A stretch of 63,784 nucleotides of DNA, filler included, from Octopus bimaculoides (lineage: Eukaryota): the NCBI RefSeq assembly GCF_001194135.2. It is 5 parts of 4 records of this genome, joined end to end, with 100 filler letters (N's around TTAATTAATTAA, not from the genome) between each part and the next. Parts side by side here need not be neighbours in the genome. Positions count along the whole stretch, not along the records: positions 1 to 27,406 come from NC_068986.1; 4 more parts are not named here. One strand, given 5' to 3'. Below, piece by piece: positions 12,933-24,611 of the stretch. A program made the position numbers and the translations under genes. Under the pieces are notes generated by a model that saw only the letters and a program-made list of their open reading frames with translations, was not told where the DNA came from and ran no database searches. Numbering within the stretch: the first letter of the stretch is position 1; each line of letters opens with the position of its first letter.

Positions 12933-13032
12933 TATATTTATTTATACAAGGGCATTACTATACATGAATGCCTCGAGTCCCTCATAGCGTGAGGCATTCA
13001 TGTATAGTAATGCCTTTATATAAATAAATATA
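12933..13032. repeat. Long hairpin: 24-bp perfect stem extended to about 42 bp, 16-nt loop
   Basis: 12951-12974 GGCATTACTATACATGAATGCCTC is the exact reverse complement of 12991-13014. Confidence 0.9.
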
Positions 13033-13271
13033 TATATATAAACAATTAATTTGTGAACAAAAGTATATCTTGCTGAAAACTAGTGAATAATGAAAAAAAA
13101 AAAAAAAACATTGCCGGATTTGTTTTTGGCAATGGTGCTATAAAAACTAATGATTTTTTTGTAATTAACAGAAGAGAAAAAAGAAAAAAAACTTTTAACA
13201 TTAAAATGGGAAACTTGACTTGAAATCTATCTAGAAAAACAAAATGAAATGAAACATTCACAATATATTTT

Positions 13272-13475
13272 ATAGTTTTACTACATAGGAGAGTTCTACC
13301 ACATAAGGGATTTTTTGTAGTTTTACTTCATAGGAAATTTCTACCACATAAGAGTTTTTTTGTAGTTTTACTTCATAGGAGAGTTCTACCACATAAAAGA
13401 TTTTTTGTAGTTTTACTTCACAAGTGATTTTTAGCACATAAGGGTATCTTTGTAGTTTTACTACATAGGAGAGTT
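13272..13475. repeat. 45-bp minisatellite, about 4.5 copies
   Basis: (G/A)TAGTTTTACT starts at 13272, 13317, 13362, 13407 and 13452, an exact 45-nt period. Confidence 0.9.
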
Positions 13476-13961
13476 TAAATACTAAATGAAAGTGAATATT
13501 ATTAAATGCTAAATCTCACACTAAAGGATTTCCTTGCATTAGTTTTTCCACTTTCTGGGGGAAAAGAAAGTATGTCTTTTACTGAAGACAATAGTAGTTC
13601 CTGGAATAACAAAGGAAGGGGTGGGGCTAACTTCTTACCACAAATGCTAGGCTTTGAGTGTTGGACCTGATGGAGGCAATGACTGAGTCCATTTGGCATT
13701 ATGCCATGCTTGAGAAGAAGACCCATCAGACCAAGTAAAACCGCAGTTGTGGCAGATACTGGTGTTGCACAAATGGTACCCATGCCGGTGGCACGTAAAA
13801 GCACCTAATACACTCTTGGACTGGTTGGCATTATGAAGGGCATCCAACCATAGAAACCATACCAAAACAGACGGGAGTCTGGTGTAGCCTTCCAGCCTTG
13901 CCAGCCCTGGTCAAACTGTCCAACCCATGCCAGCATGGTAAAATGATGATGATGATGATAT

Positions 13962-14190
13962 ATATTTAATTCTTTATTGCCCACAAGGGGCTAAACATAG
14001 AGGGGACAGACAAAGACAGACAAAGGGACTAAGTCAATTACATCAACCCCAGTGCATAACTGGTACTTATTTAATCGACCCCAAAAAGATGAAAGGCAAA
14101 GTCAACCTCAGCGGAATTTGAGCTCAGAATGTAATGGCAGAGGAATTACTGCTAAGCATTCCGCCTGGCATGCTAGCAATTCTGCCAGCC
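13962..14190 (-). mobile_element. SINE with family A head/body and an alternative, LINE-like tail
   Basis: Family A body followed on the minus strand by GTCCCCTCTATGTTTAGCCCCTTGTGGGCAATAAAGAA. Confidence 0.7.
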
Positions 14191-15142
14191 TGCTGCCTTT
14201 ATATATACACACACACACACACACACACANNNNNNNNNNNNNNNNNNNNNNNNNNNNNNNNNNNNNNNNNNNNNNNNNNNNNNNNNNNNNNNNNNNNNNN
14301 NNNNNNNNNNNNNNNNNNNNNNNNNNNNNNNNNNNNNNNNNNNNNNNNNNNNNNNNNNNNNNNNNNNNNNNNNNNNNNNNNNNNNNNNNNNNNNNNNNNN
14401 NNNNNNNNNNNNNNNNNNNNNNNNNNNNNNNNNNNNNNNNNNNNNNNNNNNNNNNNNNNNNNNNNNNNNNNNNNNNNNNNNNNNNNNNNNNNNNNNNNNN
14501 NNNNNNNNNNNNNNNNNNNNNNNNNNNNNNNNNNNNNNNNNNNNNNNNNNNNNNNNNNNNNNNNNNNNNNNNNNNNNNNNNNNNNNNNNNNNNNNNNNNN
14601 NNNNNNNNNNNNNNNNNNNNNNNNNNNNNNNNNNNNNNNNNNNNNNNNNNNNNNNNNNNNNNNNNNNNNNNNNNNNNNNNNNNNNNNNNNNNNNNNNNNN
14701 NNNNNNNNNNNNNNNNNNNNNNNNNNNNNNNNNNNNNNNNNNNNNNNNNNNNNNNNNNNNNNNNNNNNNNNNNNNNNNNNNNNNNNNNNNNNNNNNNNNN
14801 NNNNNNNNNNNNNNNNNNNNNNNNNNNNNNNNNNNNNNNNNNNNNNNNNNNNNNNNNNNNNNNNNNNNNNNNNNNNNNNNNNNNNNNNNNNNNNNNNNNN
14901 NNNNNNNNNNNNNNNNNNNNNNNNNNNNNNNNNNNNNNNNNNNNNNNNNNNNNNNNNNNNNNNNNNNNNNNNNNNNNNNNNNNNNNNNNNNNNNNNNNNN
15001 NNNNNNNNNNNNNNNNNNNNNNNNNNNNNNNNNNNNNNNNNNNNNNNNNNNNNNNNNNNNNNNNNNNNNNNGGTTGGTTGGTTGCCTGGCAAAAGTTGCA
15101 GCTATTGTCTGCAGCTGTGACCTACTACTACTACTGCTGCTG

Positions 15143-15191
<49 letters not shown>

Positions 15192-15350
15192 AATAAATAT
15201 ATATATATATATATACATATAAATTCAGCTTCACCCAGCTAATGTGCATGAATGTATACACCCAGTCCATGTCTTATTGATAATGCATTGTCAGCTCACA
15301 TTACCATGTGTGTGTGTGTATCCACACACACACACACACATATATTACTC

Positions 15351-15381
<31 letters not shown>

Positions 15382-15414
15382 GCACATATACACATAAATA
15401 CACACATATATTAC

Positions 15415-15464
<50 letters not shown>

Positions 15465-15774
15465 TACACACACACACACACACTTATATACACTTTTTTT
15501 ACTGACAGTACTAAACAACAAACATTTAAGATATTTGTTTGTCTGAAGAGTTTGTTGTTTAGTGTTGTCAGTGTTTAACCCCAGGTCATCTGAGACAAGA
15601 CAGACTGATCCACCTGTAATCAAATAACCAGTTCACTACCTTTCTGGTCTTTAAAATGCTGACAATTAATGGCTTGACGGAGATCAGGCTGTTATTTCTA
15701 GGAAATCAGTCAACATGTAGACATTCTGATGTTATTCTTGTTGTTGTTGTTGCATCTTGGCCTTTGATCTTCAG

Positions 15775-15864
15775 ATGCTGAACAAGTCTATGATCAATGG
15801 TATTCAAATACAGATTATGGCAAAAAACAGCACCGATTCACCATTCTTGATGAGCATTTTTACA
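15775..15864 (+). CDS. Putative internal coding exon (phase 1-1) of an unrecognised gene: AEQVYDQWYSNTDYGKKQHRFTILDEHFY
   Basis: Acceptor CTTTGATCTTCAG, in-frame TGA just upstream in the intron, 90-nt open exon, donor A|GTAAAC, non-repetitive protein-like composition. Confidence 0.6.
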
Positions 15865-16445
15865 GTAAACACATTTTATATAGAAGTTTAAAAAAAACCA
15901 TAATGACATTTTAAGAAATGGTAAAACATTAGCTACAGTAAGATGCCATTATCCTTGCCCTAACTTTACTCGTGCCACAGCAATGGCTGTGTAAATCATG
16001 GGTGGTTTTTCTGCTGCATCCTATATACCCAGACGCTGTGATGTGATTTTGAGAGATTTGCTTGTCGTTTCTAGCATGTAGAACGACTGCAAAGAGACTC
16101 CATTTGTACGTGTGTGTGTGTGTGTATGGTGTGTGTATGTTGTGGTCTGAGTCTAATATAAATAAATAACTACAACAATACTAACTGCGCTGTATTTTGT
16201 TCATTAATCGACTTCAACAGAAGAGTTATCAGCGTAATTAATTAGATTGAGTCAAACTTGAATGAAGCCACTGAGGTGACGACTGCCAGGTAGACTGGCA
16301 CACACGGCTTGTATTTATTAGCTTTCCTTTCCCACATTTCCCCCTCTCCCTCACTTTCTCTCTCTCTCTTTATTTCTTCCAGCCCTCTCTCTCTAATCAT
16401 TATATATTATATTTTTTTTCCTGTCTTTCATCGCATTGTTTACGT

Positions 16446-16752
16446 CAGTGGTTCTCAACCAGGGTCCATATAAATAATTCTTGGGGTTCCATATAACTCT
16501 TGGGGGTTCATATGACCTTGGCGGGGATGGGGGGGGCACATTAGATTTTGTTGTTGAAAATTATGTGCAATAAATTTGTGTGGTTATACTTTGACAATCC
16601 ACAAAATATTTAAACAATTTTTCAAAAGCAATTCCTAATATTTCATTCTAAAGGTATAATAGGATTCTTAAAACATCGAATTGATCTGTGGGCCCAACTG
16701 AGTGAAATTGAAATGAAAATGGGTCCAAGAACAAAAAAATGGTTGAGAACTG
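16446..16752. mobile_element. hAT/Charlie-type MITE
   Basis: Termini CAGTGGTTCTCAACC ... GGTTGAGAACTG (right TIR has a small deletion); no convincing TSD. Confidence 0.65.
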
Positions 16753-17452
16753 TTTGTATATGTTGTAACTTTCAGTTCTGGCACCAAACAGATGCTGAAA
16801 TTACCAAAGACGTTTTGATGTGTCTTCGCGGTTGTTATCATTGATGTTGAGTGAGGGTAATAATGATGGTGATGGTGAAGATGATAGTGATGATGATGAT
16901 GATGGTGGTGATGATGAAGATGATAGTGATGATGATGATAGTTGTGATGGTGAAGATGATAGTGATGGTGAAGATGATAGTGATGATGATGATGTGTGAC
17001 AAGCTGCTCTTTCTCTCATTTTTTGAAAGACTCACCCTAGGGCAGTGTTGTGAATAGCAGAAACTTTTACTAACAACAAATGGCCCCTATTTTGTCAATT
17101 CTTTGGGATCACCAGAGAATCCGTTCAATGGCATTGCATAGCTTTGCACCTGTCTGCTCCATCATTTTGCCTGGGGTGCCAACAATTCTGCCAACTCGCT
17201 GCCTTAATACATACAATACATTAGTGTGTGTGTGTGTGTGTGTGTATGCACTGGGATGGTAGAATGGTAGCTTAAACCTTTGTCTTTTATGTCTTTCACT
17301 GCAGCAATTAAATTCTAATCATTAATTAAGAGTTTTACTCATTTTCTACAAAATTACTTCTTGTCCTCCACCCCACCCTCATAAACACATTCTGGTACTT
17401 CTTTGCTCAGAAACACCTAAATTTGTCCCAGCATCAAAATCTAACACATTCC

Positions 17453-17538
<86 letters not shown>

Positions 17539-18582
17539 NNNNNNNNNNNNNNNNNNNNNNNNNNNNNNNNNNNNNNNNNNNNNNNNNNNNNNNNNNNNNC
17601 CCCCCCCCTGCATCATTGATCTCCCCCACCCCTTATTCACTGTCCCCTACATTCACCCTTCAACCCTACCCTATCTCTACAATTGTCATCTCCCCTCCCC
17701 AACCTTCCCCACTTCTTATCCCTCAACACTTGTTCTTCATTCATAATACTCACCCCTCCCCGCAACCATTCCTCATCCCTCACCCTTCCATACACTCTTG
17801 CAATCTCCATCCACCCACACTCTTGGGTTTCTCTGTCCCCACTCACTTCCACTCACCTCATACTTTGAGGATCCACCCTGACATCTCATCACTGCCATTT
17901 CAATATCTCCCCTACTCCACCCCAATACTCCAACTCTTACTTCTAAAGTGGGAGCAGCCACGTGGCTCCTCTACTGCAAAGGAACCTGTTCTGCTCTGGT
18001 CCCTTCTCTCATCTCTAAGCATAAACTTGCTTCTTTCAGTGTGCAGAGTCTTCTAAGTTGTATGAAAACATCAATGCTGCTGATGTCCTGCAAATAACAC
18101 CCCAGTCCACACTGTAGAGTGGTTGGTGTTAGGAAGAGCATCCAGCTGTGGAAACCATTTCAAAGTTAATACTGGAGCTCAATGCAGTCCTAGCACCTAC
18201 CAACCAGATCCTGTCAAACTGTCCAACCCATGCCTGTATGGAAAACAGATGTTAAATGATGATGATGATGATAATAGACAAATAATTTATTAGTCATACT
18301 GTCTTCCCATTTGTGTTTAATCTTTAATCTTTAGTGGTTTTTAACTTTTATCTTATTAAGTCTTCTTTGGGTCTTCCACTCAACATTACCTTGATCTATG
18401 ATGGGCTGGAAATGGCTAAATTTGAGTAAACCAACAATCCTTCAGCCCTTTGTATCTCAGTGACTAATTAAACCTGAATTCCTGGCTTACAGCCAGGAAC
18501 GCTGACCCCTTCTGCTGTTCCCTATAACATCGTTGTTATCTTTTATATTTATAATAATGGTTCATTTTCTTTTCTTTTCTAG

Positions 18583-18632
18583 CTTCAGTTCATGTTGGAA
18601 AGTTTGAACTACAGAAATCCAATGGCTATGTT
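18583..18632 (+). CDS. Putative 50-nt internal coding exon (phase 1-0): SVHVGKFELQKSNGYV
   Basis: Strong acceptor TTTTCTTTTCTTTTCTAG and consensus donor GTT|GTAAGT; the open frame joins the neighbouring exons in phase. Confidence 0.55.
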
Positions 18633-19446
18633 GTAAGTTTGCTTTTTTTATTCTTCAAGATTGGCTAAATTATAGGAATATAACACTTATTAATCTCCTC
18701 ATGCTCCAATATAATGAATTAGCTTTGCAAAGGCAAAAGTATTTTTAATTCTAACATTTCTCCAGAAACTTAATGTCGTGACAGTTTAACTGGACTCTGA
18801 TAATGTAGAAGAACATGTTCTGCTTTAAAATGTCATGAAATACAAATTTTAACCGGCTATCCATGAGCAAGTAGTCATAATACTTTACTCATTTGACTAT
18901 TTCACGTGTACATTATGAAATTCTGTAAGTTATATTTTGAAACACTGGGCCTCGCGAACATCAATTTTGTTTCTTGTTTAAGACATGAAAATTATCTCCC
19001 TTGATGGTAAGTAATTATTTCCCCTGCTGTCAAGTAATTATCTCCCTTGCAGTCAATTACTGAACACTTTCAAAAGCGCAGTGAAACGAAATATTTCAAA
19101 TCAGGAATTCAAACTTGGGCCAGATTCTGCTGCTGCTGCTGCTGCTGGATGCTTAGCTCTTATTTAGCCACACTCATATGGTGAAGATCATTGATATCTT
19201 ACAGAGTTGCGACATTTTCATTTGGCAACCTCTGAGTTGTGCTGCTGTCATGGAAAAAGCACCCATTCCACTCTGTAAATTGGTTGGCATCAGAAAGGAC
19301 GTCCAACTGTAGAAACCATGTCAAAGCAGACATTCGATTTCAACGCAGTCCTCTAGCTTGTTGGATCCTATCAAACCATCCAGTCTTTCGAAGACATTAA
19401 ATGATGATGATGATGAAAGATGACTGGTTGACTTTCATACATCATT

Positions 19447-19990
19447 CATCATCATCATCATCGTTTAATGCCTGCTTTCTATGTTAGCATGGGTTGGACG
19501 GTTTGACATGGAGCTGGCTAGCAAGGAGCTGTCCAGACTCCAACTGTTTCAATGGTTTCTATGGCTGGATGCCCTTCCCAATGCCAACTGCTTAACAGTG
19601 TGCTAGGTGCTTTTTAAGTGGCACCACCACTTGAAAGGACAAACCTGTATGCATGGAAGACAGCGATTCTACTTAGTTTCACACATCTTATCAAGACCAG
19701 CAAATTGCCATGTCTCCTGGTCCCTTGTCATTTCATCCGAAGATCCTTTCTCATCACGTCATCCTGGATCTACCCTTTCAACAGATACCCTCCACAGTTA
19801 GAGCTTGGCACTTCTTTACACAGCTGTCCTCATCCATACACATCACATAACCAAACCAGCACAGGCTTCTCTCTTGCGCACAACATCTGATGCCTCTTGG
19901 ACCCAGTTTTCTTCTTAAATCATTTACATTCTGTCGTGCGTGCACACTGACATTACGCATCCAGCGGAGCCCTGCTAGCTTCATAGGTGG
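19447..19990 (-). mobile_element. RTE-clade LINE, degenerate 3' fragment (RT C-terminus, 3' UTR, (GAT)n tail)
   Basis: Minus ORF LRWMRNVSVHARQNVNDLRRKLGPRGIRCCAQERSLCWFGYVMCMDEDSCVKKC..VEG resembles the RTE C-terminal LRW..RLRWYGHV.RM..VEG..GRP pattern; stops follow. Confidence 0.8.
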
Positions 19991-20671
19991 TCAGCTAAGC
20001 AGAATCATTAGCACACCAGATGAAATGCTGAACAACGTGTTGTCTGTCCTTTAGTCCTGAGTTCGAATTCCACCAAGCTTGACTTTCATCCTGTTGGATT
20101 GATAAAATAGGTACCAGTTGTGTATTGAGGTCGATTTAACTTACTCCTCCTCCCTTGAAATTGCTGGCCTTGTGCCAAAATTTGAAATCAATATTATTAT
20201 TATTGTTATTGTTGTTATTATTATTATTGTTGTTGTTGTTGTTGTTATATGCTTCCACTGCAGAATCATTAGTATGCTGGGCAAAATTCCTAGCGACATT
20301 TCGTCTGTCATTACGTTCTGAGTTCAAACTCTGCCAAGGTCGACTTTGCTTTTCATCCTTTCAGGGTCAAGAAAACAAGTACCAGTTGCATACTGGAGTC
20401 TATGTAATCAACTTATTCCTTTCCCCAAAATTGCTGGCCTTGTATCAGAATTTGAAAGCAATATAAATACATGCTTGCAATAAAAGTGTTGAAATTCCAT
20501 CAGGATTCAAAGTGAAGATGTTAATGTGGGTCTTTGAGAAATTCCTTTCATGGCATTTACCAAATTAGAATTATTGACAAATAATGAAGGGTGAAAGCTA
20601 AGGGATTTGATTAGAATACCATTTCTTAAAATCCTGATTCTTTTATCTTTTACTTGTTTGAGTTATTAGAC

Positions 20672-21036
20672 TGGGGCACCGCCTTGAAGAATTTTAGTTG
20701 AATGAATCGACACCAGGACTTTTTCTTTTAAACCTGGTACTTATTCTATCAGTCTCTTCTGCTGAACCTCTAAGTTATGAGGATGCAAACATCAATATTG
20801 TTGTCAAGTGGTGGTGGTGTTGGGGGTCTAGCACAGAAACAAAGACGCATGCACAAACACACACACACACACACACACACAAATGAGATGGGCTTCTTTC
20901 TGTTTCCATCTACCAAATCCACTCACTAGGCTTGGTCAGCCTGAGGTTATTGTGGAAAACATTTGCCCAAGGTGCCACGCAGTGGAACTGAACCCGGAAC
21001 CATGTAATTGGGAAGCAAACTTCTTACCACACAGCT
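20672..21036 (-). mobile_element. SINE family B
   Basis: Near-complete reverse copy of 39858-40268. Confidence 0.8.
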
Positions 21037-21107
21037 AAGCCTGTAGAGTAGACAATAAAGACGAAACAACCAATAATAAGACAACTTTCCTTGTTCTGCT
21101 TTTGCAG

Positions 21108-21368
21108 GTTGCTAAGAGTGATGAAGAGCCACATGCACCGCTTCTTATGGATGCCAAAAATATCAACAGCCCAGCTGGAGTACAGTTGAGTTCATTGCCT
21201 GAGCATTTTATACTGGCACCATCCAAGCCTTCAACATCAGCTGGTTCCAATAACTGTTCTCCCTCACAGACCACACTTTCCAAACATCAACTGAAAATGG
21301 ATCTAAATGCAGCAGCTGGCAAAGGGAAAAAATCCAAAATTCCTGCAAAGCGTAAAAACAGTGGCAAG
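21108..21368 (+). CDS. Putative internal coding exon (phase 0-0, 87 aa), Ser/Pro-rich and ending in a basic NLS-like stretch GKGKKSKIPAKRKNSGK
   Basis: Acceptor CTTTCCTTGTTCTGCTTTTGCAG, donor AAG|GTAGGC, 261-nt open frame in unique sequence. Confidence 0.65.
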
Positions 21369-21444
21369 GTAGGCTATGAGGAGGTCATTTGCTATCTTGC
21401 TTCTCTCTGTCGCTCTCTCTCTCTGTCTCTCTCTCTCTCTGTCG

Positions 21445-21481
<37 letters not shown>

Positions 21482-21537
21482 TCATACACACACACTCATA
21501 CACACACACTCATACACACATGCACTGACACTCCATC

Positions 21538-21828
21538 AGTTACAACAACGAGTATTCCAGCTTCCTCGTGAAATTAACGGTGCAAGTGGCTGAGCGCTCC
21601 ACAGACATGTGCACCCTTAGCGTTGTTCTCGGGGAGATTCCTGTGTGACACAGAATGTGACAAGGCCGGCTCCTTGGAATTACAGGTACTACTCATTTTT
21701 GCCAGCTCAGTGGACTGGAGCAACGTAAAATAAAGTGTCTTGCTCAAGGCCACAATGTGCCACCGGGAATTGAACTCATGACCTAACAATTGTGAACCGA
21801 ATGCCCTAACCACTGAGCCACATGCCTC
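21538..21828 (-). mobile_element. SINE family C variant with CORE-like middle
   Basis: tRNA-like head, CCTTGAGCAAGACACTTTA...TTGCTCCAGTCCAC middle, family C tail. Similar copy at 54855-55150 (+). Confidence 0.75.
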
Positions 21829-22265
21829 CCCCTCTCCCCCACTCAGCTGGAATATGGAAAAGATTTTATAAGGGAAAAGTGATGTCAGTCAACTGAATGA
21901 AAGAGGAAATCATTTTTGCCTTATATGAACCATTTTGGTTCCAAGTCCACCTGAGACCACGTTTTTGTTCTATGATACAAAATTGCCCTTTTAAAGTAAC
22001 ACAAATTTAAAACCTTCCATCAAAATTCCATTCTAATTTATATTCCAGTCACCCCTTTAGTAATGACAAAGTTATTTCACTAAATACTTTATTATTTTCA
22101 AAGTTAATTGAAATGGCAGTGCTCCAGCATAGCCACAGCCTCAAGGCTGAAACATGTAAAAGAATAGCAGCAAAGTACAGTTCTATATTTAAGAGATGAG
22201 GAATTATGTACACTATTTACATTATTTACATTTGACGGATATTTGTCCTCATCATATTTATTGTT

Positions 22266-22308
22266 AACACATTTCAGCTGATATACCCTCCAGCCTTCAT
22301 CAGGTGTC
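22266..22308 (-). ncRNA. Hammerhead motif, probably inactivated by a 3-nt deletion in helix III
   Basis: Minus strand reads GACAC-CTGATGA-A-GGCTG..CAGCT-GAAAT-GTGTT; it lacks the CGT present in the other arm. Confidence 0.5.
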
Positions 22309-22515
22309 TTGGGGAAATTTCAAACCTGGGGTCTCATTCCTAAGGTATTTTTCTTGGGGTTAAGAGTGTGGGCTACTAACTCCAAGATTCCGAGTTCGAT
22401 TCCAGGCAATGACCTGAATAATAATAATAATAATAATAATGATGATGATGATGATGATGACGATGATGACGATGATGATGATGATGATGACGATGATGAC
22501 GATGATGACGATGAC

Positions 22516-22557
<42 letters not shown>

Positions 22558-22614
22558 AACAACAACATTGAAAAATACCTTAGGAATGAGACCCCAGGTT
22601 CGAAATTTCCCCAA

Positions 22615-22660
22615 GACACCTGATGAAGGCTGGAGGGTATATCAGCCGAAACGTTGTATT
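22615..22660 (+). ncRNA. Minimal type I hammerhead ribozyme motif with intact core
   Basis: GACAC-CTGATGA-A-GGCTG(gagggtatat)CAGCC-GAAACGTT-GTATT. Perfect 5-bp helix II, ACGT palindrome, helix I with one mismatch (the other arm supplies the matching GTGTT). Confidence 0.7.
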
Positions 22661-23165
22661 AACAACAAACAAGATGAGGACAAATATCCGTCAAATATAA
22701 ATAATGTAAATTATGAACAGCAAAGTATTTCAACAGAAATACGAGAACAGAAAGATTAAAGAATGATTAAGAGTTGAGAGAGAGAGAGAGAGAATTATGA
22801 CTAATGCATTGCAGCTGGTCAAGCACCAACCTAGATGCTTCTTCACTATATTATTGTCTGTTGTTGATATTGATTACATGAAAATTAACCATGAGACAGG
22901 AGTTTGGGTGGCAACATAAGATGAGTACTGAAAATTTTGTAACATATTTTATTGATTGTGGAAGTTGCTATAGATTATTGAACACTGCTATAATTCTTTG
23001 CACATATATTGATTGTGTGTGTGTGTGTGTTGGTTATTGTAGTTTTTTTTTTCTGATGAGGGTTTGAGGTAAATATGTGATTGAGTGTGATCAAAAATCA
23101 GCAAATGTGTGAGTGGAAGCTAGACAGACTTGATGAAGCTCTAAGCTTTTATAAAGCTTTTAAAC

Positions 23166-23876
23166 CAGAGGTCCTCAAACTTCTTGGGCCGCATAATACC
23201 CCCAGCGCTCCCACCCCTGTTTTTATGTAAAAATAAATATTTTATATTTTACTAATTTATATATATACTATGAATCATTTGATATTTAATATCATATAAT
23301 TTGTATACAATACTATGTTGTTGTTGGCACTCCGTCGCTTACGACGTCGAGGGTTCCAGTTGATCTGATCAACGGAACAGCCTGCTCATGCAATTAACGT
23401 GCAAGTGGCTGAACACTCCACAGACACATATACCCTTAACGTAGTTCTCGAGGATATTCAGCGTGACACAGTGTGACAAGGCTGACCCTTTGAATTACAG
23501 GCACAACAGAAACAGGAAGTAAGAGTGAGAGAAAGTTGTGGTGGAAGAGTACAGCAGGGTTCGCCACCATCCCCTGCTGGAGCCTCGTGGAGCTTTAGGT
23601 GTTTTCGCTCAATAAACACTCACAACGCCCAGTCTGGGAATCAAAACCGCAATCCTATGACCGCGAGTCCGCTACTCTAACCACTGGGCCATTGCGCCTC
23701 CACACAATACTATAATAATATTATAATAAATTCATAGCGTCCCCTAATCCACTGCCTTCCTCTCAACGCCTCTTCTTTCTCTACTGCCCCTTCCCTGTTG
23801 CCCCCTTAGGCACCAACGGCCACCTGGACCCTCTCAATGCCCACTGGGGAGCGGTAGTGCCAACTTTGAGAACCTG
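23166..23876. mobile_element. hAT/Charlie-type MITE interrupted by a SINE
   Basis: Termini CAGAGGTCCTCAAA ... TTTGAGAACCTG; 8-bp TSD TTTTAAAC (23158-23165) and TCTTAAAC (23877-23884). Confidence 0.75.
23317..23703 (-). mobile_element. Full-length tRNA-derived SINE family C with 10-bp TSD
   Basis: Head GGAGGCGCAATGGCCCAGTGG (A box) ... GGTTTTGATTCCC (B box); (CAA)n tail; ACAATACTAT at 23307-23316 and 23704-23713. Confidence 0.9.
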
Positions 23877-24611
23877 TCTTAAACAAAGATGTTCTGTGTA
23901 AAAAAGGTAATTTAAAACTATTTCAGTATTGTTGGGTTCCTGTGGATTGTTGGTCCCTAAGTTGTAGCTTGTTTAGCTTCTGTCTGGCCCTGATGGGAGC
24001 AAACTAGTGAGAGTTACCTGGTTGGTGACTAGCAAACTATGATTGCAACAGGTGAGTTCAGGGCGGGGGGTGGGGGAGAAACAAAAGGGCAAGATGTGAG
24101 GGAGAACAAACTTAGATACCTTGTGGTATTTAGTTAGATTTCTTTATATTCTGAGTTGAAATCCTTCCAGTGTTCTCATTTTCGTCTGAGGTTGAACAAC
24201 AAAATAAAGTACCAGTTATGTAATGGGGGAAAATATGATTCCTAAATTCGCGTTTATGCTTCAATGGAAGGATATCAGTAAAGCTAATGGTGTTGTTGTT
24301 TAATTGTGATCAGTCATGTGATCATGTGCATTCCACCCATGCCCATCATACCTCTTTAGGACTTTCTGTGTCCTTTCCTTATTTAAGGTAGTAGGCTGTG
24401 ATTTAAGGGAGATTTGGCTGCTATTTCTGTCACATTGAGTGACCAAGTAGGAGCTTCCTACTGTTGTTGCTGTTCTGTGCCAGGGTGACTCTGATCTCTG
24501 AAGATAGTCAGTCCATCTGTGGCCATCCTGTCATATTCTTTATTTTACAAACTATGTCTATCCACAATCGCATTATCCATTGTTTCTTTCTGCCTTTTAA
24601 GACAGAGGCTG

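Larger units (their letters stand above)
22215..22711. mobile_element. Foldback element: inverted arms of about 140 bp with hammerhead motif; spacer is a tRNA-like head plus (AAT)n(GAY)n
   Basis: 22215-22353 is the reverse complement of 22570-22711 at roughly 90 percent identity by eye. Confidence 0.85.

Noticed and set aside
13272-13475. CRISPR-like regular array
   Set aside because: Units are homologous along their whole length with no unique spacers, and the context is eukaryotic.
22358-22405. tRNA gene (also at other SINE heads such as 23660-23703 and 52307-52380)
   Set aside because: Stems are broken and each runs into repeat sequence; these are tRNA-derived heads.
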